Source: a candidate division WWE3 bacterium (lineage in GTDB: Bacteria > Patescibacteriota > WWE3 > JAUXAW01). Taken from it: a stretch of DNA of 50,619 nt. Shown piece by piece: positions 1 to 7,172 of this stretch. The number at the start of each line of letters is the position of its first letter. Positions within the stretch are counted from its first letter, which is position 1. Location of the stretch: positions 1 through 50,619 of the forward strand of contig JAUXAW010000003.1 in the NCBI GenBank assembly GCA_030619715.1. The letters run 5' to 3'. Below the pieces are notes generated by a model. It worked only from the letters and a program-made list of their open reading frames with translations, ran no database searches and was not told the origin of the DNA. The translations under genes were made by a program, and so were the position numbers.

Positions 1-2063
1 GAAAAATTAAAGAATTCATCTTGGCGATGCAGATCGAGCGGCGTTACAGCAAAGATGAAATTTTGCAGATGTACCTCAACGAGGTTCCCTACGGTGGCCA
101 GGCCTGGGGAATTGAGGCGGCGGCGCAGATGTATTTTGGCAAAAAGACGGCTGAGTTAAGTTTGGCCGAAGGAACACTTCTTGCCGGTCTTCCTCAAGCC
201 CCAACGCGTTTTTCTCCTTACAACGACCCCGATGCGGCCAAATGGCGTCAGGAGCAGGTTCTAAGACGAATGGTTGAGGACGGCTATATCACCCAAGAAG
301 AGGCCGACCAGACCGCGGCCGAGGAGCTCGAATTCAAACCGCTGGGAGCCAACATCCGCGCCGCCCATTTTGTGATGTATGTCCGCCAACTTCTGGAGGA
401 AAGATACGGAACTAAATTGGTCGAGCAGGGCGGTCTTAAAGTGACCACGACCATTGACATTGAGATGCAGGAGCGGGCCGAGCGCATCGTCTACGATGAG
501 ATTAATAAAGCCAAAGGGCTTCTGGTGGGCAACGGGGCGCTGGTGGCGATGGACCCCAAGACCGGTCAGATTTTGGCGATGGTTGGCTCCAAAGATTATT
601 TTGACGTCTCAACCGATGGCAATGTCAACGTTACTTTACGTGAGCGCCAACCGGGTTCGTCGATTAAGCCGATTAATTATGTAACCGCCTTTAAGCAGGG
701 TTACACACCGGCGTCGGTGGTGATGGATGTCCAGACAACTTTTCCCGGTGGGGTCGGACTGCCGGATTATGTTCCCGTAAATTATGATGGGAAATTTAGG
801 GGCCCGTTGCAATTTAGATATACTCTGGGCAGCTCGATTAACCTCGCCGCGGTTAAGGTTCTAAAATTGGTGGGCGTTCCGGCGATGCTCGACACGGCCC
901 ACGCGATGGGAATCACAACTTTGAATGAGCCCGAGCGCTACGGTCTCTCGCTGACTTTGGGCGGGGGTGAGGTTAAACTTCTGGATATGGCGACGGTTTA
1001 TTCGACCTTTGCCACCGGTGGGGTGCGTCGCGATCCGGTCGCTATTCTCAAGGTCGAGGATAGAAACGGCAATGTTTTAGAGGAGTGGCAGTCAACCGAG
1101 GGACGGCGGGTTTTGAGTCAGGAGCACGCCTATCTTATTTCGGAAATTCTTGCGGACAACAACGCTCGGCTTTTGGCCTTTGGGGAGTGGTCGCCTTTGA
1201 GAATCGCCGGTTATCAGGTGGCGGTGAAGACGGGAACGACCGATGACAAGCGGGACAACTGGACGATTGGCTACACACCGTCATTGGTGATTGGGGTTTG
1301 GGTTGGCAACAATGACAACACGCCGATGCATCCGCGCTTGGCGTCGGGAATTACCGGGGCGGCTCCAATCTGGCATCGGGTGATGGAGGCTTTTTTGAAG
1401 GAAAGGCCGAAGGAATATTTTGTCAGACCCGGAGGAATTGTGACGGCAACGGTGGACAAGCTTTCCGGGCTTCTTCCTAGCGAGGGAACCGAGGAGACGC
1501 GGGAGGAAATTTTTGTCCGAGGAACGGTGCCGGCGGAGGAAGATAATATGCATCAGGTTTTGGAAATCTGCACCGCCGACGGAAAGCTGGCGACCGATGC
1601 CTGTGAGCGTGCCGGCCAGGTTGAGGAAAAAAGTTTCGTTGTTTTGAAGGCCCAGTTGCCGGAATGGCAGGAGTTTGTGGACAGGTGGGTTGATGAAGTT
1701 TACAAAGACGATCCTAAATATCATCCGCCGGAGGAAAAGTCAACGATTTATTTTGGTCCGAGCGGCGATCCCAGTTTGCGTGAGGAGCCGTTGGTTGAGA
1801 TTCATTCGCCGGGGAACGGTGATGATGTTGATTCTGATTTTGAGATTAAGGTCTCGGTTTGGACACCTTACGATGTGGTCAAGGTTGAATTTTACGTTGA
1901 TGGTTCGCTCGTTGGCTCGCCGTTAACTTCGCTTTTGGAGAGACCTTACAAAAAGACCCTCCATCTCTCGAGCGGAATGAGTGGTGAGCACAAGTTAAGG
2001 GTCCTCGGCTACGACTCCGCCGGCAACGTCGGCGAAAGTGAAATAAAAATCAACGTTAAATAG
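1..2063 (+). CDS. Class A penicillin-binding protein (GT51 transglycosylase + transpeptidase), 5' end truncated by window edge
   Basis: Frame stays open from nt 3 to the listed TTG at 21. GT51 motifs RYSKDEILQMYLNEVPYGG and GLPQAP. Transpeptidase motifs SSIKP (SxxK), SSIN (SxN), KTGTT (KTG). Extra beta-rich C-terminal tail. Confidence 0.9.
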   Translation, partial: KIKEFILAMQIERRYSKDEILQMYLNEVPYGGQAWGIEAAAQMYFGKKTAELSLAEGTLLAGLPQAPTRFSPYNDPDAAKWRQEQVLRRMVEDGYITQEEADQTAAEELEFKPLGANIRAAHFVMYVRQLLEERYGTKLVEQGGLKVTTTIDIEMQERAERIVYDEINKAKGLLVGNGALVAMDPKTGQILAMVGSKDYFDVSTDGNVNVTLRERQPGSSIKPINYVTAFKQGYTPASVVMDVQTTFPGGVGLPDYVPVNYDGKFRGPLQFRYTLGSSINLAAVKVLKLVGVPAMLDTAHAMGITTLNEPERYGLSLTLGGGEVKLLDMATVYSTFATGGVRRDPVAILKVEDRNGNVLEEWQSTEGRRVLSQEHAYLISEILADNNARLLAFGEWSPLRIAGYQVAVKTGTTDDKRDNWTIGYTPSLVIGVWVGNNDNTPMHPRLASGITGAAPIWHRVMEAFLKERPKEYFVRPGGIVTATVDKLSGLLPSEGTEETREEIFVRGTVPAEEDNMHQVLEICTADGKLATDACERAGQVEEKSFVVLKAQLPEWQEFVDRWVDEVYKDDPKYHPPEEKSTIYFGPSGDPSLREEPLVEIHSPGNGDDVDSDFEIKVSVWTPYDVVKVEFYVDGSLVGSPLTSLLERPYKKTLHLSSGMSGEHKLRVLGYDSAGNVGESEIKINVK

Positions 2064-2074
2064 AGCAGTGAGGG

Positions 2075-4099
2075 TCATTTTTGGCGGACCTTTGCTTTGA
2101 GGGATTTTTCGAGGGTATCTATAATCTTTTGGCGGATTTTTTGGACTTCGGCGTCGATTAGGGTTTTCTTGGCGTGTTGATAAGTTATCCTCAAAGTGAC
2201 ACTTCCCTTCTCCGGATAGATGTCAGTAACTTCGAGCTCCTTAACCAGCTTTGACTGCTCCTCAATCAGCGAAATAACGTCAGCAATAAAAGTTTTCGGC
2301 GGCAAAATAACCGAAAGGTCCTCGATGATTGGGGGGTACTCCGGGATTGGTTCGTAGGTTTTGAGGTCCGAGGCAAGCTCGGCGATGGTGTCAAAGTCAA
2401 GATCGAATACTACAACAGAATCCTCAATAATCTTAATGGTTCCGATTAGCGCTGATTGACAACGGATTAGCGCGGATCCGCCAGAGGCGGACTCAAATTT
2501 GACATTTTTAATACCCAGCTCTGCTAACAAACTCTCAACGATTCCTTTTACGACGTAAAAAAGCTGGGAGCTAAAGGGCTGAAGAGCTAAAGAGCTAACT
2601 ATTCCCGTCAGTCTAAAGTTTTCCCGTGGAAGTTCTTGACCTTCTTGGGGAATGTAAACGCGCTCGAGTTCGAAGAGTTTTATTTCGTCCGAGTGGTGTT
2701 GGTTTTCGGAGAGATTTTTCAGTAGTGACGGTAGCAACGAGGGCCGCATGTATTCTAAGTCTTTATTGAGCGGGTTTCGCACCTTTAAGGATTTAGAGGG
2801 ATCGAGGTTAGAATCAAGAAGGATTTGTTTGGATATAAAAGAATAGTTGTAGACTTCATAAAAGCCTTGATGCTTGAGAAAATCTTTGGCTTTGTCCTCC
2901 CAGTAAAATTTCTTTTCTCGAGGAACGGGAGGAATTACTCCTTCGGGCATTAGGTTCGGCAGGTTGTGGTAGCCGTAAAGCCGAGCAATTTCTTCGATCA
3001 AGTCTGCGGCGATTTCGATGTCTTTGTCTCGCCAGGAGGGAACCTTGGCGACGACGGTCGGGATTTGGAAGGCGGAGTTTTTAATGCGAATTCCGAAGCC
3101 CAACGACTTTAGAATTTCGACGACTTCTTCTTTTTCGATACGGACGCCGAGCAATTTTTCAACCTCGGGAATTTCCAGCTCGACCTCATGTGGCTGCCAA
3201 ACTTTGTTCTTGATATCCACAAGGCTTGAAGCGATGCGGGCGTTGGCATTCTCTTTTAACATCTCGATCGCTCGGTTCATCGCGGGGATAATTCCCTGAG
3301 GGTCGATCCCTTTTTCAAATCGGGCCGAGGCCTCGGTGCGCAGGCCCAAAGCTTGTGAGGTCTTGCGAATGCGGACCGGGTCATAGATTTGGATAAAAAG
3401 TAAAATGCGTTTGGTGTTTTCGCCAACTTCGGAATTTTTTCCACCCACAATGCCGCAGAGATCCACCAGCTTTCCGCCACTCTCAATGACAATTGCCCCC
3501 TTGGGTATTTCTCGCTCTACCCCATCAAGCGTCACCAATTTTTCACCCTTCCGACTTTCTCGTAGTACCATCTCTTTCTGTGCTTCCGTCCCCTTCTGCG
3601 TTTCTGTGTTTGCGAGTCTATCGAAGTCGAAGATATGCATCGGCTGGCCCAACTCCAACATCAGATAGTTGGAGACATCAACGATGTTATTCAATGCTCG
3701 AACACCAGACATTTCCAGCCGGTCGCGGATGAGTTTCGGTGAGGTTTTGATTTCGATGTTGTCTAAAACGATAGCAGTGAAACGTGGACAAAGTTCGGGG
3801 TCGGTGATGGTAACGTCCAAAAGATCTTTCTTTCCTTCGGCAGATTTGAGGTGGTCGGTGATTTCCGGAGGAGTAAGTTCGACTTTGGTGGTGGCGGCAA
3901 CTTCGCGGGCGATGCCAAGGACGCTTAAAGTGTCGTAGCGGTTGGGGGTAATTTCGATTTCGTAAACAGTATCATCCCCTTTCTTATGAAGCTTCTCGAC
4001 GGAAAGAGAACAAAGGGAAAGCTTGTCCGCAATGGTTTGTGGAGCAGCGTCAGTTTTGATAAAATCTCGGAGCCAAGAATCAGGAATCAATATATTCAT
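2075..4099 (-). CDS. pheT: Phenylalanine--tRNA ligase beta subunit, short form lacking the OB-fold tRNA-binding (B2) domain
   Basis: 674 aa. IEITPNRYDTLSVLGIAREVA (B3/B4 entry) follows the first ~45 aa directly. B5, catalytic-like and C-terminal FDX-ACB-like regions present. Immediately downstream of pheS. Confidence 0.92.
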   Translation of the reverse strand: MNILIPDSWLRDFIKTDAAPQTIADKLSLCSLSVEKLHKKGDDTVYEIEITPNRYDTLSVLGIAREVAATTKVELTPPEITDHLKSAEGKKDLLDVTITDPELCPRFTAIVLDNIEIKTSPKLIRDRLEMSGVRALNNIVDVSNYLMLELGQPMHIFDFDRLANTETQKGTEAQKEMVLRESRKGEKLVTLDGVEREIPKGAIVIESGGKLVDLCGIVGGKNSEVGENTKRILLFIQIYDPVRIRKTSQALGLRTEASARFEKGIDPQGIIPAMNRAIEMLKENANARIASSLVDIKNKVWQPHEVELEIPEVEKLLGVRIEKEEVVEILKSLGFGIRIKNSAFQIPTVVAKVPSWRDKDIEIAADLIEEIARLYGYHNLPNLMPEGVIPPVPREKKFYWEDKAKDFLKHQGFYEVYNYSFISKQILLDSNLDPSKSLKVRNPLNKDLEYMRPSLLPSLLKNLSENQHHSDEIKLFELERVYIPQEGQELPRENFRLTGIVSSLALQPFSSQLFYVVKGIVESLLAELGIKNVKFESASGGSALIRCQSALIGTIKIIEDSVVVFDLDFDTIAELASDLKTYEPIPEYPPIIEDLSVILPPKTFIADVISLIEEQSKLVKELEVTDIYPEKGSVTLRITYQHAKKTLIDAEVQKIRQKIIDTLEKSLKAKVRQK
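2568..2599. repeat. Tandem octamer GAGCTAAA GGGCTGAA GAGCTAAA GAGCTAAC inside pheT
   Basis: Read directly. On the coding (minus) strand it encodes SSLALQPFSS. Nt 2578-2598 are the exact reverse complement of 22838-22858 in ppsA. Confidence 0.85.
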
Positions 4100-4100
4100 A

Positions 4101-4128
4101 ATTTCTAATGTCTAATTTCTAATTTCTA
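4101..4128. repeat. Tandem heptamer ATTTCTA x4 (one variant ATGTCTA) in the pheS-pheT spacer
   Basis: Read directly. Starts 1 nt after the pheT start codon complement. Imperfect inverted partner at 4167-4190. Confidence 0.85.
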
Positions 4129-4166
4129 AATTTTTAAGATTGGACATTTCGTCATTTGACATTTTG

Positions 4167-4190
4167 TTAGAAATTAGTAATTAGTAATTT
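4167..4190. repeat. TTAGAAATTAG TAATTAG TAATTT, inverted-orientation partner of the 4101-4128 array
   Basis: Read directly. Together the two arms can form an imperfect ~20-bp stem within the 97-nt pheS-pheT spacer. Confidence 0.7.
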
Positions 4191-4196
4191 GGCATT

Positions 4197-5204
4197 TTAA
4201 AATTGTTTAAGGAATCGAATATCGTTCTTGTAAATTAACCGAATATCAGGTATGTTTACATTCGATTTCATAAGATAAGTACGTTCCACCCCCCACCCGA
4301 AAGCAAAGCCGGAGTACTCTTTAGGGTCAATTCCTCCGTTTTCTAAAACTTTCGGGTGGACCATACCGGCGCCGCCCAGTTCCGTCCAGCCGGATTCGCA
4401 AAAGCGGCATCCCTTGCCTTGACAGAGATGACAAATAACATCGATCTCAAAAGAGGGTTCGGTGAATCTGAAGTCATAGGGTCTTAATCTAATTTTTCGT
4501 TCCGGGCCAAAAAACTCTTGGGCGAAGTGGGTCAGGACGCCCTTTAAGTGTGAAATAGAAACGTTCTTATCAATCAGCAGGCCTTCGAATTCGTAGTGAA
4601 TTGGTACGTGGCTGATATCCGACTGTCGACGAGCGCAACGGGAGATGTTGATCATTCTGATTGGAAGTTGTCCCCGTTCCATTTCCCGCAGTTGACCGGA
4701 TGAGGTATGGGGAGTTAAAACGATGTTATCGGTGATAAAAAAGGTTTCCCACTCGTCGCGGGCGGGATGATTTTTGGGCATGTTCAATCCTTCGAAGGTG
4801 TACCAATCGGTCTCCACTTCCGGATAGCGGCGGCGGACAAAACCGATTCTTTCAAAAATTCCACTGATTTCGCGAATGGCCTGGGTGATAAGGTGGAGGT
4901 GCCCTTCGGGTGTTGGTATTCCCGGAGCAGTTATATCCAACCAGTCGAGCTGAGAGCTAGGTGCTGAGAGCTGAGAGCTTTTTTCCTCAAGCGCCTTTTC
5001 AACTTCAACCTTCGCTTGGTTTACAAGTTGACCAACTTCCCGGCGCTTTTCGGGTTCTAATTTTGGTAAGTCCTTAATAATTTTTGCCAGTTCCCCACTC
5101 TTCTTAGAAAAATACTTTCGCCGCAAACCTTCCAGCTCATCTAAATCTTTAGCGGCTGAAATTTCTTTAAGGGCAGATTTTTGGAGACTAACGATCTTTT
5201 CCAT
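4197..5204 (-). CDS. pheS: Phenylalanine--tRNA ligase alpha subunit
   Basis: Class II aaRS motifs (FRFTEPSFEID, GGAGMVHP, GFAFGWGVERT). Start moved to ATG 5204 (MEKIVSLQ...) because a TTGAAA/TATAAT promoter lies inside the longer ORF-track extension. Confidence 0.92.
   Translation of the reverse strand: MEKIVSLQKSALKEISAAKDLDELEGLRRKYFSKKSGELAKIIKDLPKLEPEKRREVGQLVNQAKVEVEKALEEKSSQLSAPSSQLDWLDITAPGIPTPEGHLHLITQAIREISGIFERIGFVRRRYPEVETDWYTFEGLNMPKNHPARDEWETFFITDNIVLTPHTSSGQLREMERGQLPIRMINISRCARRQSDISHVPIHYEFEGLLIDKNVSISHLKGVLTHFAQEFFGPERKIRLRPYDFRFTEPSFEIDVICHLCQGKGCRFCESGWTELGGAGMVHPKVLENGGIDPKEYSGFAFGWGVERTYLMKSNVNIPDIRLIYKNDIRFLKQF
4947..4979. repeat. Tandem heptamer GAGCTGA GAGCTAG GTGCTGA GAGCTGA GAGCT inside pheS
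   Basis: Read directly. Encodes SSQLSAPSSQL between the N-terminal coiled-coil region and the catalytic core. Confidence 0.85.
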
Positions 5205-5211
5205 TTCCCAA

Positions 5212-5239
5212 ATTATAACACGCAAGCGTGTCATTTCAA
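5212..5239 (-). promoter_or_regulatory. pheS promoter: -35 TTGAAA (5239-5234), 16-nt spacer, -10 TATAAT (5217-5212); ATG 7 nt after the -10
   Basis: Hexamers read on the minus strand. No room for a Shine-Dalgarno site, so a leaderless mRNA is predicted. Confidence 0.6.
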
Positions 5240-5275
5240 AACGGCAGGAAAATAACACGCAAGCGTGTCATTTCA
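5215..5275. repeat. Two direct copies (5215-5238, 5252-5275) of a 24-nt unit containing the palindrome ACACGC-AA-GCGTGT
   Basis: ATAACACGCAAGCGTGTCATTTCA occurs twice, identical, 37 nt apart. The proximal copy fills the pheS promoter spacer. Confidence 0.9.
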
Positions 5276-5415
5276 GAACGATGAGAAAATAGCACAACAC
5301 TGCCTTTAAAAGCAAAACTTGCAAGGGTGTGGTATAATTTAGCTTGAATCTTCCTACCCTTAAAAACATTGAAAACGAAAGGGGGGTACTGTAGGAGTTA
5401 CTAGAAAGGAGAGCG

Positions 5416-5703
5416 ATGTTGCTGAAAGAGAGGAGACAGAGGGCACAGCGGATAGTCAAGCGCATTGCAACAAGCCTCGAGAGCCCGAATGGACGGCTCA
5501 AGGGGGTGATACTGGACTTCCGCACTACTTTTCTGGAAGATGTAGGGAACGGTTGTGCGATGGAAGTCTGGGACAAGGTGTTTGAAACACCAGGTGGGAA
5601 GTGGCTTGTGAGGAATTATGTTCCTGCTCTAGTTCGTCGAGAGAAGGAGCATGTCTTTGTCCATTTCCTCGAAAGTCGCTTGGAAACTTGGAGAGCAAAC
5701 TAG
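5416..5703 (+). CDS. Hypothetical protein (95 aa), orphan
   Basis: AAAGGAGAG Shine-Dalgarno 5 nt before the ATG. TGgTATAAT extended -10 about 75 nt upstream. Followed by a strong hairpin terminator. No recognisable motif. Confidence 0.5.
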   Translation: MLLKERRQRAQRIVKRIATSLESPNGRLKGVILDFRTTFLEDVGNGCAMEVWDKVFETPGGKWLVRNYVPALVRREKEHVFVHFLESRLETWRAN

Positions 5704-5808
5704 GAGGCAAAAAGTGAATGTCAGCTCCACCCTGAAGGGCAGGAAGCGGCTAAAAGCGGGGCCGTTAGAGGTCGACACACCTCAACCGCTTTTCCGGACT
5801 TGTCTTTT

Positions 5809-5846
5809 GTCAGAGCTTTATTAGAGCTAAGCTCTGACATTTTTTT
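5809..5846 (+). terminator. Intrinsic terminator for the 5416-5703 ORF
   Basis: 10-bp perfect stem GTCAGAGCTT / AAGCTCTGAC (5809-5818 / 5829-5838), 10-nt loop, then a T7 run at 5840-5846. Confidence 0.7.
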
Positions 5847-5847
5847 G

Positions 5848-6039
5848 TTAACTTAGTATTGAGAAAATCAGAAGGGAAACGTAAATGGTAGTGGCGAAGA
5901 GGGCGGCGGAGAAAAGCATTTCTTTGGACAGAAGAAAGGCGGCAACTTTGAGGGGATCCTTATCACGCCGGTAGCGGAGGGTTCCAGTGATAAGCCAAAA
6001 AAGATCGAGGAAGATGAGGGTTTTTTGAGCGATTGTCAT
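5848..6039 (-). CDS. Hypothetical small membrane protein (63 aa)
   Basis: ATGA overlap with the rplT stop. Two hydrophobic segments. No recognisable family; could be a spurious ORF. Confidence 0.3.
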   Translation of the reverse strand: MTIAQKTLIFLDLFWLITGTLRYRRDKDPLKVAAFLLSKEMLFSAALFATTIYVSLLIFSILS

Positions 6040-6380
6040 TTGACTTCTTCAACAATCTTCTCGAAAGTTTGCGGATCATTGAGGGCGATTTCGGCTAAAC
6101 TTTTGCGGTCGAGTTCAATTTTGGCGTCTTTAAGTTTCTTGATGAATTTAGAGTAAGAAATATCAAAGGGCTTGAGGGCCGCGTTTATTTTCTGAATCCA
6201 CAATCGGCGAAAATCTCTCTTCCTCAATCTTCTTCCGGCAAAGGCATATTCGCCGGCATGCAGATAGGCCTCGTGTGCCGGACGAAAAAGCTTGGACCGG
6301 GTTCCGCGGTAACCCTTGGTTGCCTTCAATATTCTCTTGTGTTTCCTGCGGCCCTTGGGGCCACCCTTAACGCGAGGCAT
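6036..6380 (-). CDS. rplT: 50S ribosomal protein L20
   Basis: MPRVKGG...RKHKRILK...GYRG... is a typical L20 sequence. Canonical position after rpmI. Confidence 0.95.
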   Translation of the reverse strand: MPRVKGGPKGRRKHKRILKATKGYRGTRSKLFRPAHEAYLHAGEYAFAGRRLRKRDFRRLWIQKINAALKPFDISYSKFIKKLKDAKIELDRKSLAEIALNDPQTFEKIVEEVK

Positions 6381-6382
6381 AG

Positions 6383-6577
6383 CTATCTCCCGATCATCTT
6401 CTTAATCTTACTTCTATTCGACTTTGAAACGCGGGTGCTCCGACTCTTCCTCCGTTTCCTTGCCGCCGATTGCTTGGAACGCAAATGGGAAGTTCGGGCA
6501 TGGCGGCGGAGGATTTTGCCCTTTTTGGTTACTTTAAATCTTTTTACTGCTGTCTTTTTCGTTTTAAGTTTAGGCAT
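6383..6577 (-). CDS. rpmI: 50S ribosomal protein L35
   Basis: MPKLKTKKTAVKRFKVTKKGKI... is a typical L35. Lies between infC and rplT. Confidence 0.95.
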   Translation of the reverse strand: MPKLKTKKTAVKRFKVTKKGKILRRHARTSHLRSKQSAARKRRKSRSTRVSKSNRSKIKKMIGR

Positions 6578-6589
6578 AAATCATTAGAA

Positions 6590-7102
6590 CTATGTTTTTG
6601 GTCCTAGGATCGCGTGTATAAACTTCCCCTTTCTCCTCGGCTCCTGTTCGACTTGAGCAACGTCGGACAGAGCTTGGACCATCTTTCTGATTTTGTCAAA
6701 TCCAATTTCTGGATGGGTCACTTGTCGTCCCCGAAACTGGACGGTGATTTTGACTTTATTCCCTTCGTCTAAAAATTCCCGGGCTCGTTCGATTCGGATT
6801 TGCAAATCGTTGGGACCGATGTTCGGTCCAAACCGTAATTCTTTGATTCCTAAAGTTTTAGTTTTCTTCTTTGACGTCTGCTGTTGCCGCTTCTTGATGA
6901 ACTTGTACTTCTTGAAATCCAGGATTCGGACGACCGGTGGAGTAGCTTTGGAGGCAACTTCAACCAAATCCAGACCCTGCTCGTTGGCCTTTTTCAGCGC
7001 CTCGGGCAAAGCCAAAACGCCAATCTGCTTACCGTCTTGGTCAATGACACGAACTTCGGGAGCCTTAATTTGTAGATTGAGCCGGGGATGTCGCTTTTTT
7101 AT
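6590..7102 (-). CDS. infC: Translation initiation factor IF-3; start uncertain (candidate ATA at 7102; ORF open to ATG 7159)
   Basis: IKAPEVRVIDQDGKQIGV, the KELRF linker and the C-terminal domain are all IF-3-like. A TATAAT (7129-7124) and GGAGG (7117-7113) lie inside the longer ORF. Confidence 0.85.
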   Translation of the reverse strand: MKKRHPRLNLQIKAPEVRVIDQDGKQIGVLALPEALKKANEQGLDLVEVASKATPPVVRILDFKKYKFIKKRQQQTSKKKTKTLGIKELRFGPNIGPNDLQIRIERAREFLDEGNKVKITVQFRGRQVTHPEIGFDKIRKMVQALSDVAQVEQEPRRKGKFIHAILGPKT

Positions 7103-7172
7103 CTTTTTCAAACCTCCGAAGGTATTATACACCAAGCAAGGATGTGGTGACAACTTCAATAGTTGTTAGGGG

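Noticed and set aside
1281-1724. Antisense or alternative-frame ORFs inside strong genes (for example 1281-1724, the 3018-3938 series, 22327-22683, 38132-38530, 43270-43641, 49741-50154)
   Set aside because: Each lies wholly within a gene with clear family motifs on the other strand or frame. They have biased low-complexity composition typical of shadow ORFs, and no promoter or Shine-Dalgarno signals.
4101-4190. Tandem repeats here and at 8595, 27710, 35422 and 41624, considered as a possible CRISPR array
   Set aside because: The units are only 7-8 nt and contiguous, without 25-40-nt repeats separated by unique spacers. Several lie inside conserved ORFs. The only cas-like gene (the Cas4-like nuclease at 48217-48972) is solitary.
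5205-5258. Longer N-terminal extensions given in the ORF track (pheS to 5258, thrS to 8996, lexA to 33523, 33656 ORF to 33949, 42544 ORF to 43731, 43829 ORF to 44461, macro to 48181, 35982 start)
   Set aside because: In each case a predicted promoter, a Shine-Dalgarno site in front of an internal start, or a tRNA gene lies inside the extension. The shorter protein also begins where homologues normally begin.
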